A stretch of 64,000 bases of DNA from assembly GCF_006345805.1 (NCBI RefSeq), contig NC_043025.1, forward strand, positions 6,076,001 through 6,140,000. The letters run 5' to 3'. This stretch comes from Octopus sinensis (lineage: Eukaryota). Shown piece by piece: positions 46,320 to 60,289 of this stretch (its first letter is position 1; each line of letters starts with the position of its first letter). The notes below the pieces were generated by a model. It did no database searches, had not been told where the DNA came from, and worked only from the letters and a program-made list of their open reading frames with translations. The position numbers and the translations under genes are program-made.

Positions 46320-47215
46320 ATATATCATCCCGCTGTGCTTGAGGAGACCTATTGAGTCAAGTACATGAAGATCGAAATAAATATCAATGGAAATAGTAGT
46401 TGTGATACCTGTGCCAGTGGCACATGAAAAGCACCATCCAAATGTGGCTGATGCTAGCGCCACCACCTCGACTTGCTTCTGTGCCGGTGGCACATAAAAA
46501 GCACCAGCTGAACGTGGCCGATGCCAGCGCCACCTCGTCTGGCTTCTGTGCCGGTGGCACATAAAAAACACCGTCCGAACGTGGCTGATGCCAGTGCCGC
46601 CTTGACTGGTTTCCATGCCGGTGGCACGTTAAAAGCACCAACCGATCGTGGCCGTTGCCAGACTCCCGTGGCACATAAAAAGCACCCACTACACTCACGG
46701 AGTGGTTGGCGTTAGGAAGGGCATCCAGCTGTAGAAACACTGCCAGATCAGACTGGGCCTGATGCAGCCCCTGGCTTCCCAGACGCCAGTCGAACCGTGC
46801 TAGCGCGGAAAACGGATGTTAAACGATGATGATGATGATATATATACATACATGTGTGCCTGTAGCACATAAAAACTACCATTTGAGCGTGATCACTGCC
46901 AGTGCCAGCTGACTGGCTCTCATGCTGGTGGCACATAAAAAGCACCATTCGAGCGTGGTCGTTGCCAGTGCCGGCTGACTGGCTCCTGTGCTGGTGGCAT
47001 GTAAAAAGCACCATTCAAGTGTGATCAATGCCAGTACAACCTGACTGGCCCTCATGCCGGTGGAATGTAAAAAGCCCCCACTACTCTCTCAGAGTGGTTG
47101 GCGTTAGGAAGGGCAACCAGCTGTAGAAACTTTGCCAGATCAGACTGGATCCTGGTACAGCCTTCTGTCAAACCGGCCAACCCATGCCAGCATGGAAAGC
47201 GGATGTTAAACAATG
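46320..47215 (+). mobile_element. Two SINE family C copies
   Basis: Tails at about 46820-46840 and about 47210. Confidence 0.75.
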
Positions 47216-47228
47216 ACAATGATACATA

Positions 47229-47560
<332 letters not shown>

Positions 47561-47659
47561 TATATATATACAAGCATAAGAGAGGGACCACATGTGGTTC
47601 ACTCTAACGCTAGAAATAGATCCGCAAATGTTAATTAATATTCAATTTTCTCACCCTTA

Positions 47660-47698
47660 TTGTGATTTAAACATAGTATATATATATGTATACATATA

Positions 47699-47767
<69 letters not shown>

Positions 47768-48810
47768 GAGAGAGGAGAGAGAGAGAGAAGATATGTATAT
47801 ATGTGCGTGTGTGTGTGTGTGGTATGTATATAGTTTGTGTGTATATAGATAGATAGATGGACAGACAGACAGATGGATGGACAGATAGATGGACAGATAA
47901 ATAGATAGACAGATAAATAGACAAACAGATTAATAGATAGACAGACAGACAGACAGACACACTATAAACCCTATATATTAAATATAGTTTGCCTCTGATT
48001 TATGAAGTCAAATGTGTGTGTGTGTGTACATATGTTTGTATACACACATTCGCATATGTTTCTTATCTATCCCTCAAATTCTCCCCCCTACCCCCCCGCA
48101 CACACAAGTATTTTTATGTGGGCGTTATATGCATACCTCTCTCTCTCTCTTCTCTACATACACACACATATGCATACAACTGCATATAAAAGGGGATACA
48201 TATAATGTTAACTATACAACACACATGCCATATACATATATATATATACACACATATATATACACATACGTATATACACAGATATATAAATATATACATA
48301 TATATACACACACATATATATACACATATATATACATATATATACACACACATATATATATATACACATAGATATATACACACAAATATATATATATACA
48401 CACACATATATACACACAAATATATATATATACACAACATACACAATATATATATATACACACACACATACACAATATATATATACAAACACACATACAC
48501 ATATATATACCCACATATACATATATATATATACACACACACATATATGCATATACATACATATATTTAGATATATATATATATATATACACACACATAC
48601 ATATTTATATATATATATACACACATACATATTTTTATATATATATATACACACACATACACATATACATAAATATCCACACATATATATATACATACAC
48701 ACACACACACACATATATGCATATATACACATATACATGTAAATATACAAGTGTATATATATATATACACACACACACACACATATGCATATACACACAT
48801 ATACATACAA

Positions 48811-48843
<33 letters not shown>

Positions 48844-49091
48844 TATATACACACATATACATATATATACCCACATATGCATATATATACACACATACAT
48901 ATACATTTATAATATAATATAAGATATATATATATATACACACACATAACATATACATACATATTTTTATATATATATATATACACACAATACACATATA
49001 CATAAATATCCACACATATATTAATACACACACCACACACAAACACACACACATATGCATATATACATATACATGTAAATATACAAGTATA

Positions 49092-49124
<33 letters not shown>

Positions 49125-49299
49125 TATACATACAAATAAATATACACAAACACACACACACACACATATATAATATATATATATATATAGATATATATAA
49201 TACATACACACAATATATACATAAATATCCACACATATATATACATAGACACACACACACACAATATGCATATACACATATTACATGGTAATATACAAG

Positions 49300-49333
<34 letters not shown>

Positions 49334-49376
49334 TATACATACAAATAAAATACACAAACACACACACACACACACA

Positions 49377-49411
<35 letters not shown>

Positions 49412-49440
49412 CACACACATATATACATAAATATGTACAT
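47660..49440. repeat. Large (TA)n/(CA)n/(GACA)n compound microsatellite block
   Basis: Direct inspection. All C/V/Y/I/M or H/T/Y/I ORFs here are artefacts. Confidence 0.92.
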
Positions 49441-50066
49441 CTCATGTATCTCCTTGAATATTATCAGATTGACTAAAATCTCTTCAATCCAACCTACTCA
49501 GACATTTTGGCAACCTAATCTAACAAACCAACGCCTCCACTCACTTCCTTCAAAGCATTTCTGCAAGCAAGCTACCAACCTTGGCAGTGGTTGTGTTTTA
49601 GCCCCAGGTCGGCCCTATGGGAGCTGGCAACCTATGATCATTTTCATAGAGTTGCAGGGGTAGGCATGGCCAGGTGACTAGGTAGCCTGCTTTGAAATCA
49701 AATGGGTTTGTGCTGAGTCGCACCGTGCCGCATGTTGAAGATATGTGTGGTTTATGGCAGCACTAGGCCAATGAATTCTTTGTCGATAATATTTAGCAGA
49801 TGGAAATTGTGAGGAAGCCTACTGTTTGTATGATTGCATGAACACATGTGTTTGTGTGTGTGTGCATTACATGTGTGCTGTTTGTGATTTCTTTTCTACC
49901 TTTGGACCATTCCCTTTCTCTTTTCCGATGAAGAACTATTTTCTAAATTCAATTATTTAATTGTTACAGTTGAAAAAGTCTCAATGACTGAAACTGGTAC
50001 TGAAATGTTTTTTATAAAATTATTTTAGCATTTTCTATCACACACATAATATATATATATATATAT

Positions 50067-50294
50067 AAAATATTATTAGAGACAAAACCACTATTTTGCA
50101 AAACAAACAAGGAAAGACTTAATCAATACATAAAATTTTAATAAATAGTCAAAAAAACCGCCACTACAATCGTTTCTTGTCTTGATCGACAATCTTCAGG
50201 TGGACTTCCAATAATTCAGTGTCAAATTATGAAGTATTGATTAAGTCTTTCTTGTTTGTTTGCAAAATAGTGGTTTTGTCTCTAATAATATTTT
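50067..50294. mobile_element. Penelope-like foldback: ~60-bp inverted arms around a hammerhead-like motif
   Basis: Arm 50067-50129 is the reverse complement of 50234-50294. The spacer carries minus-strand CCTGAAGA...GAAAC. Confidence 0.6.
50161..50203 (-). ncRNA. Candidate minimal type I hammerhead ribozyme
   Basis: Minus strand parses as CCAC-CTGAAGA-TTGTC(GATCAA)GACAA-GAAAC-GATT-GTA-GTGG: stem I CCAC/GTGG, 5-bp stem II, AC/GU stem III with tetraloop, GUA cleavage triplet. Confidence 0.55.
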
Positions 50295-50479
50295 ATTATA
50301 TTTTACTATAAAATCGATTTAATCCTAAATCTGATTTTTTCCCTGTTAAATTTGATTTATTCCCTAATATTTATTATTATTATATATATATATATATATA
50401 TATAGATTATAATAACCTAGATAACTTAGATTGGCCACTATCGGCCCAGGCCATGACTAAATAGCACCACCTGGAAAAG

Positions 50480-50740
50480 TCTTTTAGTTAATTATTTCGG
50501 GACACCATGGACCACTCAAGCAGAGAGTTGTTGTTGGTTGAGACATATCCAGGTGTAGGTGGTTTATCTGGTATTTCCTGGAGGAATTTGTCCAGGTACC
50601 TTTTGAAAGTTGTGGGGTCTTTTCTACTTTAATTTCTTTTGGGACAACATTGAAAAGAGCAGGACCATTAGCAGTGAAGAAATTGTGCCACAGTGTTCTT
50701 GTGTGATGTGATCTCGACCTTTGTAGGGGAGCTGTTATAC
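50480..50740 (-). mobile_element. CR1-like LINE 3' end
   Basis: TLWHNFFTANGPALFNVVPKEIKVEK, then after a frameshift ...LDKFLQEIPDKPPTPGYVSTNNNSL, a typical CR1/L2-group C-terminus. Confidence 0.75.
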
Positions 50741-50862
50741 ACACACACATGCTTGAAACATCAAACTCTCTCTTTCACCAATCAAGTCAATACATTCCTT
50801 GTGCGTGTCCTCACATTCGCCTTTTTAGTAGTTAATTTTAATCATTTGTGTATTTGATTGGC

Positions 50863-50916
<54 letters not shown>

Positions 50917-51159
50917 CGACCTGTATAAATGATTTGTTATAGTGACCAAATCTATGTGGCATACGCTATTAGCTCACTCTCTCCATCAAATCAACATTTT
51001 TTTCTGAACAGGTGTAACAGGTGTAGCATGCATCAGGTGTCAAAGTGGTTGCAAAGCAACATGAAATGAAGTGTTTTGCTCAAGAACAATGCACCACCCA
51101 GTCTAGGAATTGAAACTCATGATTGTGAGTGCTACACCCTAACCACTAGGCCATGTGTC

Positions 51160-51191
<32 letters not shown>

Positions 51192-51202
51192 TTATATACA
51201 GG

Positions 51203-51621
51203 TAGGTGCAGGAGTGGCTGTGTGGTAAGTAGCTTGCTAACCAACCACATGGTTCCGGGTTCAGTCCCACTGCGTGGCATCTTGGGCAAGTGTCTTCTGC
51301 TATAGCCCCGGGCCTACCAATGCCTTGTGAGTGGATTTGGTAGACGGAAACTGAAAGAAGCCTGTCGTTATATTTATATATATATATATATGTAGTATGT
51401 GTGTGTGGTGTTTGTGTGTCTGTGTTTGTCTCCTAGCATTGCTTGACAAACCGATGCTGGTGTGTTTACGTCCCCGTCACTTAGCAAAAGAGACCGATAG
51501 AATAAGTACTGGGCTTACAAAGAATAAGTCCCGGGGTTGATTTGCTCGACTAAAGGCGGTGCTCCAGCATGGCCGTAGTCAAATGACTGAAACAAGTAAA
51601 AGAGTAAAAGAGAGTAAAGAG
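51203..51621 (+). mobile_element. SINE family A
   Basis: Matches the family A consensus. Confidence 0.88.
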
Positions 51622-51639
51622 TATATATATATGGTGGTG

Positions 51640-51843
51640 TAGGTGGTGTGGAGACCTTTGCTATCATTGTGTATAACAGGTCCCCTAAAAAGGTCGAGAT
51701 CACATCACACAAGAACACTGCGGCACAATTACTTCACTGCAAATGGTCCCGCTCTTTTCAATGTTGTCCCAAAAGAAATTAAAGTAGAAAAGACCCCACA
51801 ACTTTCAAAAGGTACCTGGACAAATTCCTCCAGGAAATACCAG

Positions 51844-51846
<3 letters not shown>
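51640..51846 (+). mobile_element. CR1-like LINE fragment, inverted relative to 50480-50740
   Basis: Same peptide (SRSHHTRTLRHNYFTANGPALFNVVPKEIK). Confidence 0.75.
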
Positions 51847-51889
<43 letters not shown>

Positions 51890-52044
51890 TCATCGTTTAA
51901 CATCCGCTTTCCATGCTAGCATGGGTTGGATGGTTTGACCGGGGTCTGGGAAGCCAGGAGGCTGCACCAGGCCCAGTCTGCTCTGGCAATGTTTCTCCAC
52001 CTGGATGCCCTTCCTAACGCCAACCATGAGTGTAGTGGGTGCTT

Positions 52045-53100
52045 TTTACATGCCAATATATGTATGTATGTATATATGTATGTATGTGTATATTCTATAT
52101 ATATATATATATATATACATACATATATACATTATATAATACTATACAATACAATTATACATACATACATACATACTACATACATACATACATACATAAA
52201 TTATATACATACATACATACATATATATACACTACCATACATACATATATATACATACATACATACATACATATATATACATACATACATATATATACAT
52301 ACATACATATATATACATACATACATAAGATATATACATACATACAATATAATATACATACATACAATATATCATAACATATACATACATATACATACAT
52401 ATACATATACATCCATATACATACATACATACATATATACATACAATACATACTATATAAGACATACATATAAATACATACACATACATACATTATATTA
52501 CATACATACATACATATATATACATACATACATTACAATTATATACATACATACATACCATACATACATACATACATACATATATTATACATACATACAT
52601 ACATACATACATATTATACATAATATAATAGCATACCATATATACCTACATACCATACATACATAATACATATATATACATACATACATATATATACATA
52701 CATACATATATATACATACATACATACATATATATACATACATACATATATATACATACATACATACATATATATACATACATACATATATACATACATA
52801 CATACATATATAGAACATAATACATATATATACATACATAATATATATACATACATTACATACATACACTATAACATACATACATACATACATATACATA
52901 CATAATATATACATACATACATATATATCATACATATACATACATACATACATACATATATATACATACATACATACATACATACATACACTATACATAC
53001 ATACATATATATACATACATACATACTATATGTATATATATATATTTATATAATATATATACTATATATATATAATATATATATGTATGTATATATATCT
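52045..53100. repeat. (TACA)n/(TA)n microsatellite block
   Basis: Direct inspection. Confidence 0.92.
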
Positions 53101-53809
53101 ATATATCTCTGTGCTTGAGAAATCTCATCAAGCCATGTGAAATTGTAGTAGTGGTTCAGGCCGGTGTCATGTAACAGGCACCTGTGTTGGTGACACATAA
53201 AAAGGCACCTATGCCAGTAACTCATAAAAGCACCAATGCCAGGGACACATAAAAAGCACCCATGCTGTTGGCACATAAAAGGCACCCATTACACTTTTGG
53301 AATGGGTGGTGTTTGGGAAGGGCATCTAGCTGTAGAAAGCATGCCAGATCCAGCAGACCATTGAGTATGACTGCTTTCATGTAATATCATTCCCTGTAAC
53401 TCCATGAGGGCAGTCTCTCTCTGCCTTGTGATAGCCATTGTGTAAACTCTGCTCTTAATAACCCTAGCACTACCTTTGCTCTGGGAGTCATTGTGTGGCC
53501 TGTGGTGGTGGTGGTGGGGAGACCTTTGTTATCATTGTGTGTAACAGCTGGACGCTATTTATAGCAGGTCTGGCAACAAAAAATTGAAAAGCTGTGGTGG
53601 TGGTGGTGGTGGTCATCCTCATGGCAGCAGAAGTGGTGGTGCTGGTGGAGGCTACAAAGGTGGTGGTGGTGGTGGTGACAGTATTGTTAAAATAGCGTCA
53701 GTGTAATGGTTGTGATAAAGACGTAGTGGTGGTGGTGATGTAATAGTGGGGGGGGGGATGTGGTGTTGTCAATGTTAGTACCAAGGCTGCGATGGTAGTA
53801 AATTGATGA

Positions 53810-54045
53810 AGGCAGCGAGCTGGCCGAAATGTTAGCACGCCAGGCGAAATGCGTAGCCGTATTTCGTCTGTCATTACGTTCTGAGTTCAAATTCCGCCGA
53901 GGTCGACTTTGCCTTTCATCCTTTCGGGGTCGATAAATTAAGTACCAGTTACACACTGGGGTCGATGTAATCGACTTAATCCGTTCGTCTGTCCTTGTTT
54001 GTCCCTCCTATGTTTAGCCCCTTGTGGGTAATAAAGAAATAGGTA
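53810..54045 (+). mobile_element. SINE family B, full length
   Basis: Head and core match the family B consensus. Confidence 0.85.
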
Positions 54046-54265
54046 GTAAATTGATGTTATTGTTAGGATGGCAATGGTGTAGTGGTTGTGATGTTGAAGT
54101 GGTAGGGGTGGTATTGCTAGTGGTGGTATTAGTTGTGATGTGTGTATGGTGGTGGTGGTGATGGTAGTGGTGGTGATTGTGTTGGTGGTGTTGATGGTTG
54201 GGTGGAGGTTGACTGGTGATGGTAGTGGTGGTGGTGATGATGATAGGTGGTGGTGCTGGTGGTAT

Positions 54266-55003
54266 TACTCTCTTTTACTTGTTTCAGTCATTTGACTGTG
54301 GCCATGCTGGAGCACCGCCTTTAGTTGAGCAAATCGACCCCAGGACTTATTCTTTTGTAAGCCCAGTACTTATTCTATCGGTCTATTTTGCCGAACCGCT
54401 AAGTGACGGGGACGTAAACACACCAGCATCGGTTGTCAAGCAATGTTGAGGGGACAAACACAGACACACAAACATACACACACACACATATATATACATA
54501 TATACGACGGGCTTCTTTCAGTTTCCATCTACCAAATCCACTCACAAGGCATTGGTTGGCCCAGGGCTATAGTTCAAGACACTTGCCCAAGGTGCCACGC
54601 AGTGGGACTGAACCCGGAACCATGTGGTTGGTAAACAAGCTACTTACCACACAGCCACCTCTGCGCCTATACAATGGGCTTCTTTCAGTTTCCGCCTACC
54701 AAATCCACTCACAAGGCATTGGTCGGCCCGGGGCTATAGCAGAAGACACTTGCCCAAGGTGCCACGCAGTGGGACTGAACCCGGAACCATGTGGTTGGTA
54801 AGCAAGCTACTTACCACACAGCCACCTCTGCGCCTATACGATGGGCTTCTTTCAGTTTCCGTCTACCAAATCCACTCACAAGGCTTTGGTCGGCCTGAGG
54901 CTATAGTAGAAGACACTTTGCCCAAGGTGCCACGCAGTGGGACTGAACCCGGAACCATGTGGTTGGTTAGCAAGCTACTTACCACACAGCCACTCCTGCG
55001 CCT
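54266..55003 (-). mobile_element. SINE family A with a triplicated ~170-bp head
   Basis: GGGCTTCTTTCAG...CTGCGCCT is present at about 54490, 54675 and 54843. Confidence 0.88.
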
Positions 55004-55319
55004 GTATGGCTAACGTTGCTGTATTCCTTTGTTGTTCATTTTCCAATCCACCCTGTTCAAACTGCTCCCACCCTTTAACTCAGAGACATAATGTAATCTA
55101 GTTCCTCAGAAGGTCCGGATGCAAAGTTCAAGAAGGCTTTGGCTAACATTTCTAGCAGGCTTACAAGACCACATAGAGGGGTTTGGCTGATTCTTCCCAG
55201 AAACGATGGTGATGTAAGCGCTTGGCAACAGTTGGTAGTGATGATGACAGTAAGAATAATGGTAGAGATGGTGGCTGTGGTGATAATGCCTGCTACTTTG
55301 GTGATGAAGATGAAAAGAA

Positions 55320-55872
55320 TCAGTGATGATGATGATGACGATGGTAGTGATGATAATGATGATGATGATTATGATGGTAGTGATGATGGTAGTGATGATG
55401 ATAGTGATGATGATTATGATGGTAGTGATGGTGACGATGGTAGTGATGATGATGATGATGATGATGATGATTATGATGGTAGTGATGATGATGATGGTTG
55501 TGATGATGATGATGGCTGTGATGATGATGATGGTAGTGATGATGACGATGGTAGTGATGATGATGGTAGCGATGATGATAGTGATGATGATGATGGTGGT
55601 GGTGGTGGGGATGATGGTGGTGGTGGTGAGGATGATGGTGGTGGTGGTGAGGATGATGATGGTGGTGGTGGTGGGGATGATGGTGGTGGTGGTGGGGATG
55701 ATGGTGGTGGTGGTGAGGATGATGGTGGTGGTGGTGGGGATGATGGTGGTGGTGGTGGGGATGATGGTGGTGGTGGTGAGGATGATGATGGTGGTGGTGA
55801 GGATGATGATGGTGGTGGTGGGGATGATGGTGGTGGTGGTGGGGATGATGGTGGTGGTGGTGGTGGTGGTCA
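55320..55872. repeat. (GAT)n/(GGT)n trinucleotide repeat block
   Basis: A GAT-rich left half grades into GATGATGGTGGTGGTGGTGGG/GAG units. It produces D/G-, M/V-, H- and T/I-rich pseudo-ORFs. Confidence 0.9.
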
Positions 55873-56210
55873 TGGCAGTGAATGTAATGGCAGCCCTGTA
55901 TGGAGCAAAAAAAAACAGAAACAAAGCAAGAGAAACTAAGAAGAAAGGTCATTAATCCAGCACTTCATCAAAAGCAATCAGCTAATGAGTAACTCCACCC
56001 ACCCTACCTTGCTCTGACACACACACACACACACACACACAGCTGCTTTTATTATCTCTCTGTGTGTGTGTGCATGTGTGTGTAGTAAAATAAGCACACA
56101 CATTAAGTAGACAGATGTGTGTACGTACACACACACAGACACACACATATATATATACACACACACACACACACCTTACAAGTACATTACCAAGATATGT
56201 GTGTGTATCA

Positions 56211-56251
<41 letters not shown>

Positions 56252-56759
56252 TATATATATTATGCATGTGTGGTTTGTGTGTCTGTGTTTGTCCCCCTAG
56301 CATTGCTTGACAACCGATGCTGGTGTGTTTATGTCCCCGTCACTTAGCGGTTCGGCAAAAGAGACCGATAGAATAAGTCCCGGGGTCGAGTTGCTCAATT
56401 AAATGCGGTGCTCCAGCATGGCTGCAGTCAAATGACTGAAACAAGTAAAAGAAAGAAAATGTTTTACACACACACCCACACAAACACACACACCCATGTA
56501 CAGTGACCATCTAGCTGAGAGACATTCTAGTCTCTCTCCCTCCACTTTTTTTTTTTATTTCCTTATGCTTTCTTTCTGCAGAAGAGCAAACGCTCAAAAT
56601 GTAAAAAAAACTTTTCCTTCTATTTTGTCCTGAGCATAAACTTAATACACTGTTTGTTTAATCTCTTTTGAAGTCTTGCATTTATCATCATCATTCAACG
56701 TCTGTTGTCCATGCTGGCATGGGCTGGACAGTTTGACCAGGGCTGGCAAATCACACTCA

Positions 56760-57010
56760 CACCCATGAACTCACAAAGTTAGGAATGCTCAGCTAGAGAG
56801 GGATGCAGGGGACATGCCCGTATGCAAGGACAATCACAATTTTACTTAGCTTGACGTGTTTTCTCAAACACAACCAAGCCATCAGGAGTCTTGGTCCCCC
56901 TGTCAACCCCTCTGTCAAGACCAATGTCTGAAGATCCTTCCTCACCATTTCGTTCCATGTCTTCCTGGGTCTACCCCTTCCACAGGTTCTCTCCACACAC
57001 TTTAATTCAG
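56760..57010 (-). mobile_element. RTE-type LINE 3' end
   Basis: CVERTCGRGRPRKTWNEMVRKDLQTLVLTE... matches the 'GRGRPRKTW...DL..L.L' RTE C-terminus. Confidence 0.72.
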
Positions 57011-57289
57011 CTCCATGCAACCTGAAGTTTCATAGGTCCATCCATCGAACCTATCGTGTGAGACCCAGAGATCTGGGTTGGAAGAGTTAGGTTCAGTGGA
57101 TGAACCAAGGAAACTAAGTTGTATAGAGCCAAAACAAACTTATTAAGTATATCATTATCATCATCCAGTGTTTTAAATCTGGGTTTTGTCCCCATTAACA
57201 GGGGTAGCCAGATCTACCTCAATGCCATAGCAACCGAGGTAGGCAGGTGCAGCCCACCCCAACCTTTCGGCTGGCTGGTGCCCATTCTC

Positions 57290-57995
57290 CTTTGCTATCA
57301 TGAGGCTTTTCAGAGCTGGGTTTTCTACGGGAAGGATGCCCTTGATTATCCCCAACCTCAGTTTCTAGACACGAGTGGTCCCACAACCAAGGCCTCTACC
57401 ACGATTATTAAGGAATGTGGTGGAAAACTAGCTCAGGAAGGCAGGGACTCTACTCCCTGAGAGCCCTTTTGGAGTCTCCCTACCTACACAGGTATTGAAT
57501 GCTACTTTCTTTCATTTGCCCACTCACTCATACATGTGTGTGTGTATAGTTGTTCATTTTATGTCTGTTTTTCATAATAGCATGGGTTGTTAGACAAATA
57601 TTTATGATAGGCGCAGGAGTGGCTGTATGGTAAGTAGCTAGCTAACCAACCGCATGGTTCCGGGTTCAGTCCCACTGCGTGGCATCTTGGGCAAGTGTCT
57701 TCTGCTATAGTCCCGGGCCGACCAATGCCTTGTGAGTGGATTTGTTATACGGAAACTGAAAGAAGCCTGTCGTATATATGTGTGTGTGCGTGTATATGTG
57801 TCTGTGTTTGTCCCCATAGCATTGCTTGACAACCGATGCTGGTGTGTTTACGTCCCCGTCACTTAGCGGTTCGGCAAAAAGAGACCGATAGAATAAGTAC
57901 TGGGCTTACAAAGAATAAGTCCCGGGGTCGATTTGCTCAACTAAAGGCGGTGCTCCAGCATGGCCGCAGTCAAATGACTGAAACAAGTAAAAGAG
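57290..57995 (+). repeat. Left arm of a ~700-bp inverted segmental duplication (repeat fragment, unique linker, SINE A)
   Basis: Reverse complement of 61553-62282, including private SINE variants (GCTGTATGG, AGCTAGCTAACC, AACCGCATGG). Confidence 0.88.
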
Positions 57996-58369
57996 AAAAG
58001 AGAAAGAGAGATTGAGGCATTGTCTTGCAATTCGATGTGTCACTAGTCCTTACGTGTTTTTCAAGGAAAAGAGACTTTGTGTTGCAGAGCTAATGAATGA
58101 TTTCTCAACAAGGAAATGTCAACAAACGACACTGCTTGTAGCTCAGTAATTGTATGGCACCTTGGGCAAATGTCTTCTGCTGTAGCGTTGGGCTGACCAA
58201 AGACTTATGAGTGGATTTGATAGGTGGAAACTGAAAGAAGCCCATCATCTATACATGTGTGTATGTATGTGTGCATGCACACATGTGTGTGTGTGTATGT
58301 GTGTGTCCTACCACCACATGACAACTGGTGTAGGTGTGTTACAAAAAGAAAATAGAGACTGTGGCTGAT

Positions 58370-59185
58370 GCCAGCGTCACCTCGACTGAATCATGGCACC
58401 ATCTGAATCATGGCCGATGCCAGTGCTGCCTCGACTGGCTTCCGTGCTGGTGGTACGTAAAATGTACCAGTCCAAATCGTGGCCGATGCCAGTGCCGCCT
58501 CTACTAACTGCTGTGCCGGTGGCACGTAAAAAGCACCATCCGAATCGTGGCCGATGCCAGTGCTGCCTCGACTGGCTTCTGTGCCGGTGGCACATAAAAA
58601 GTACCATCCGAATGTGGCCGATGCCAGCGCCGCCTCGACTGGTTTCTGTGCCAATGGCACATAAAAAGCACCATCCGAATCGTGGCGATGCCAGTGCCGC
58701 CTCGACTGGCTTCCGTGCCAGTGACACGTACAATGCACCAGTCCGATCGTGGCCGATGCCAGCGCTGCCTCGACTGGTTTCTGTGCCGGTGACACGTAAA
58801 AAGCACCATCCGAATCGTGGCCGATGCCAGCGCCAACTCGACTGGTTTCTGTGCCGGTGGCACATAAAAAGCACCATCTGAACGTGACCGATGCCAGTGC
58901 CGCCTCGACTGGTTTCTGTGCCAGTGGCACATAAAAAGCACCATCCGAATCGTGGCACCAGTCCGATCGTGGCCGTTGCCAGCCTCGCCTGGCACCTGTG
59001 CAGGTGGCACGTAAAAAGTACCCACTACACTCACGGAGTGGTTGGCGTTAGGAAGGGCATCCAGCTGTAGAAACACTGCCAGATCGGACTGGAGCCTGGT
59101 GCAGCCTTCTGGCTTCCCAGATCCCCCAGTCGAACCGTCCAACCCATGCTAGCATGGAGAACGGACGTTAAACGATGATGATGAT
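58370..59185 (+). mobile_element. SINE family C with about 9 internal ~63-bp tandem modules
   Basis: Repeated CGTGGCCGATGCCAGTGCCGCCTCGACTGG...GGCACATAAAAAGCACCATCCGAAT; (GAT)n tail at about 59175. Confidence 0.85.
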
Positions 59186-59499
59186 GTAACTTAGTGGTTT
59201 GGCAAAAGGGACCTATAGAATAAGTGCAAAGCTTAACAAAGCAATGGGGTTCAACTCCTTCAAATAAAACAAAAAATAAAAGATGAAGTCAGAGCTGCAA
59301 GGTCTGCGTTTGATGGGATGTGGGACTTGTTGATTGAGTAACAGGTGGGTTCGATGGCTCTGGTAGTGTTGAGTCAGGCAGGCTTTTGATGGAGAAATAT
59401 CAGAAAAGACAATGAGAAAGATGGGGAGGGAGAAGGGGAGAATGGAAGAGACAAAGAGTGAGGGAGAGCACGGGATAGAGGGGGGAAGAGAAACAAAGG

Positions 59500-59740
59500 C
59501 AAAGGGTGAGGGAGAGTAGAGGCGAAGAGCGAGGGAAAACAAAGGTGAGGAGTGAGAGAAAACAAAGGTGAGGAGTGAGGGAGAGCAGAGGCGAGGAGTG
59601 AAGGAGAGCAAAGGCGAGGAGTGAGGGAGAGCAGAGGCGAGGAGTGAGGGAGAGCAGAGGCGAGGAGTGAGGGAGAGCAGAGGCGAGGAGTGAGGGAGAG
59701 CAAAGGCGAGGAGTGAGGGAGAGCAAAGGCGAGGAGTGCA
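59500..59740. repeat. 23-bp purine minisatellite (GGCGAGGAGTGAGGGAGAGCAGA)n
   Basis: Units at 59590, 59613, 59636 and onward. Confidence 0.85.
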
Positions 59741-60289
59741 TGTAGGGTGAGAGGGGGAGGAGAGGCAGGGGACTTGAAAACAGATTAAAAACAAAGGAGC
59801 TATAATGACGCACAGAACAGTGGTTGTCATGGTGGTGGTGGTGATGGACCTGTTTACACTGGGGTAGCAGTGATGGTGATGATGATAGTGATGATGATGA
59901 TGATGTGGGGGGGAGAAGGGAATCTGTGCAGTAGTAGTGGTCATGGTGAACAGAGAGAGAGAGAGTAGTGTTCGTGGTGGTGGTGGAAGCAACAGTTGGG
60001 GGGGGAGCGCCATCTATATTATATTGGCAGCGATGGGGGTGATAGTAGTGGCGGTGGGTTGTGGTGCTGATGCTGGTAGAGGTGGAGGCGGTGGTAATAC
60101 TGATAGTGATGGTGATGGTGGTGGTGGTGGTAGTGGTAAATGGTGTTGATATTTGTGGTGATGGCAGTGGTGGTGGTGGTGGTAGCGATGAATGAATGCC
60201 CTGCTACAGCAGTTGAAGGAGGTAACAACAAAGGTGGGGTGGTGGTGGTGGTGTGGTGGTGGTGGTGGTGGTGACGGCAACGGTGAGGG

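Noticed and set aside
55139-55939. 266-aa Asp/Gly-rich ORF resembling an acidic biomineralisation protein (plus the overlapping His-, Met/Val- and Thr/Ile-rich ORFs)
   Set aside because: It is a (GAT)/(GGT) trinucleotide expansion that is open in most frames. It has a non-ATG start, no signal peptide and no evident splice partners.
59280-59400. S/T/P/Q-rich minus-strand stretch as the missing first exon
   Set aside because: There is an in-frame stop or no donor site in phase 2, and no D(K/R)xGF motif.
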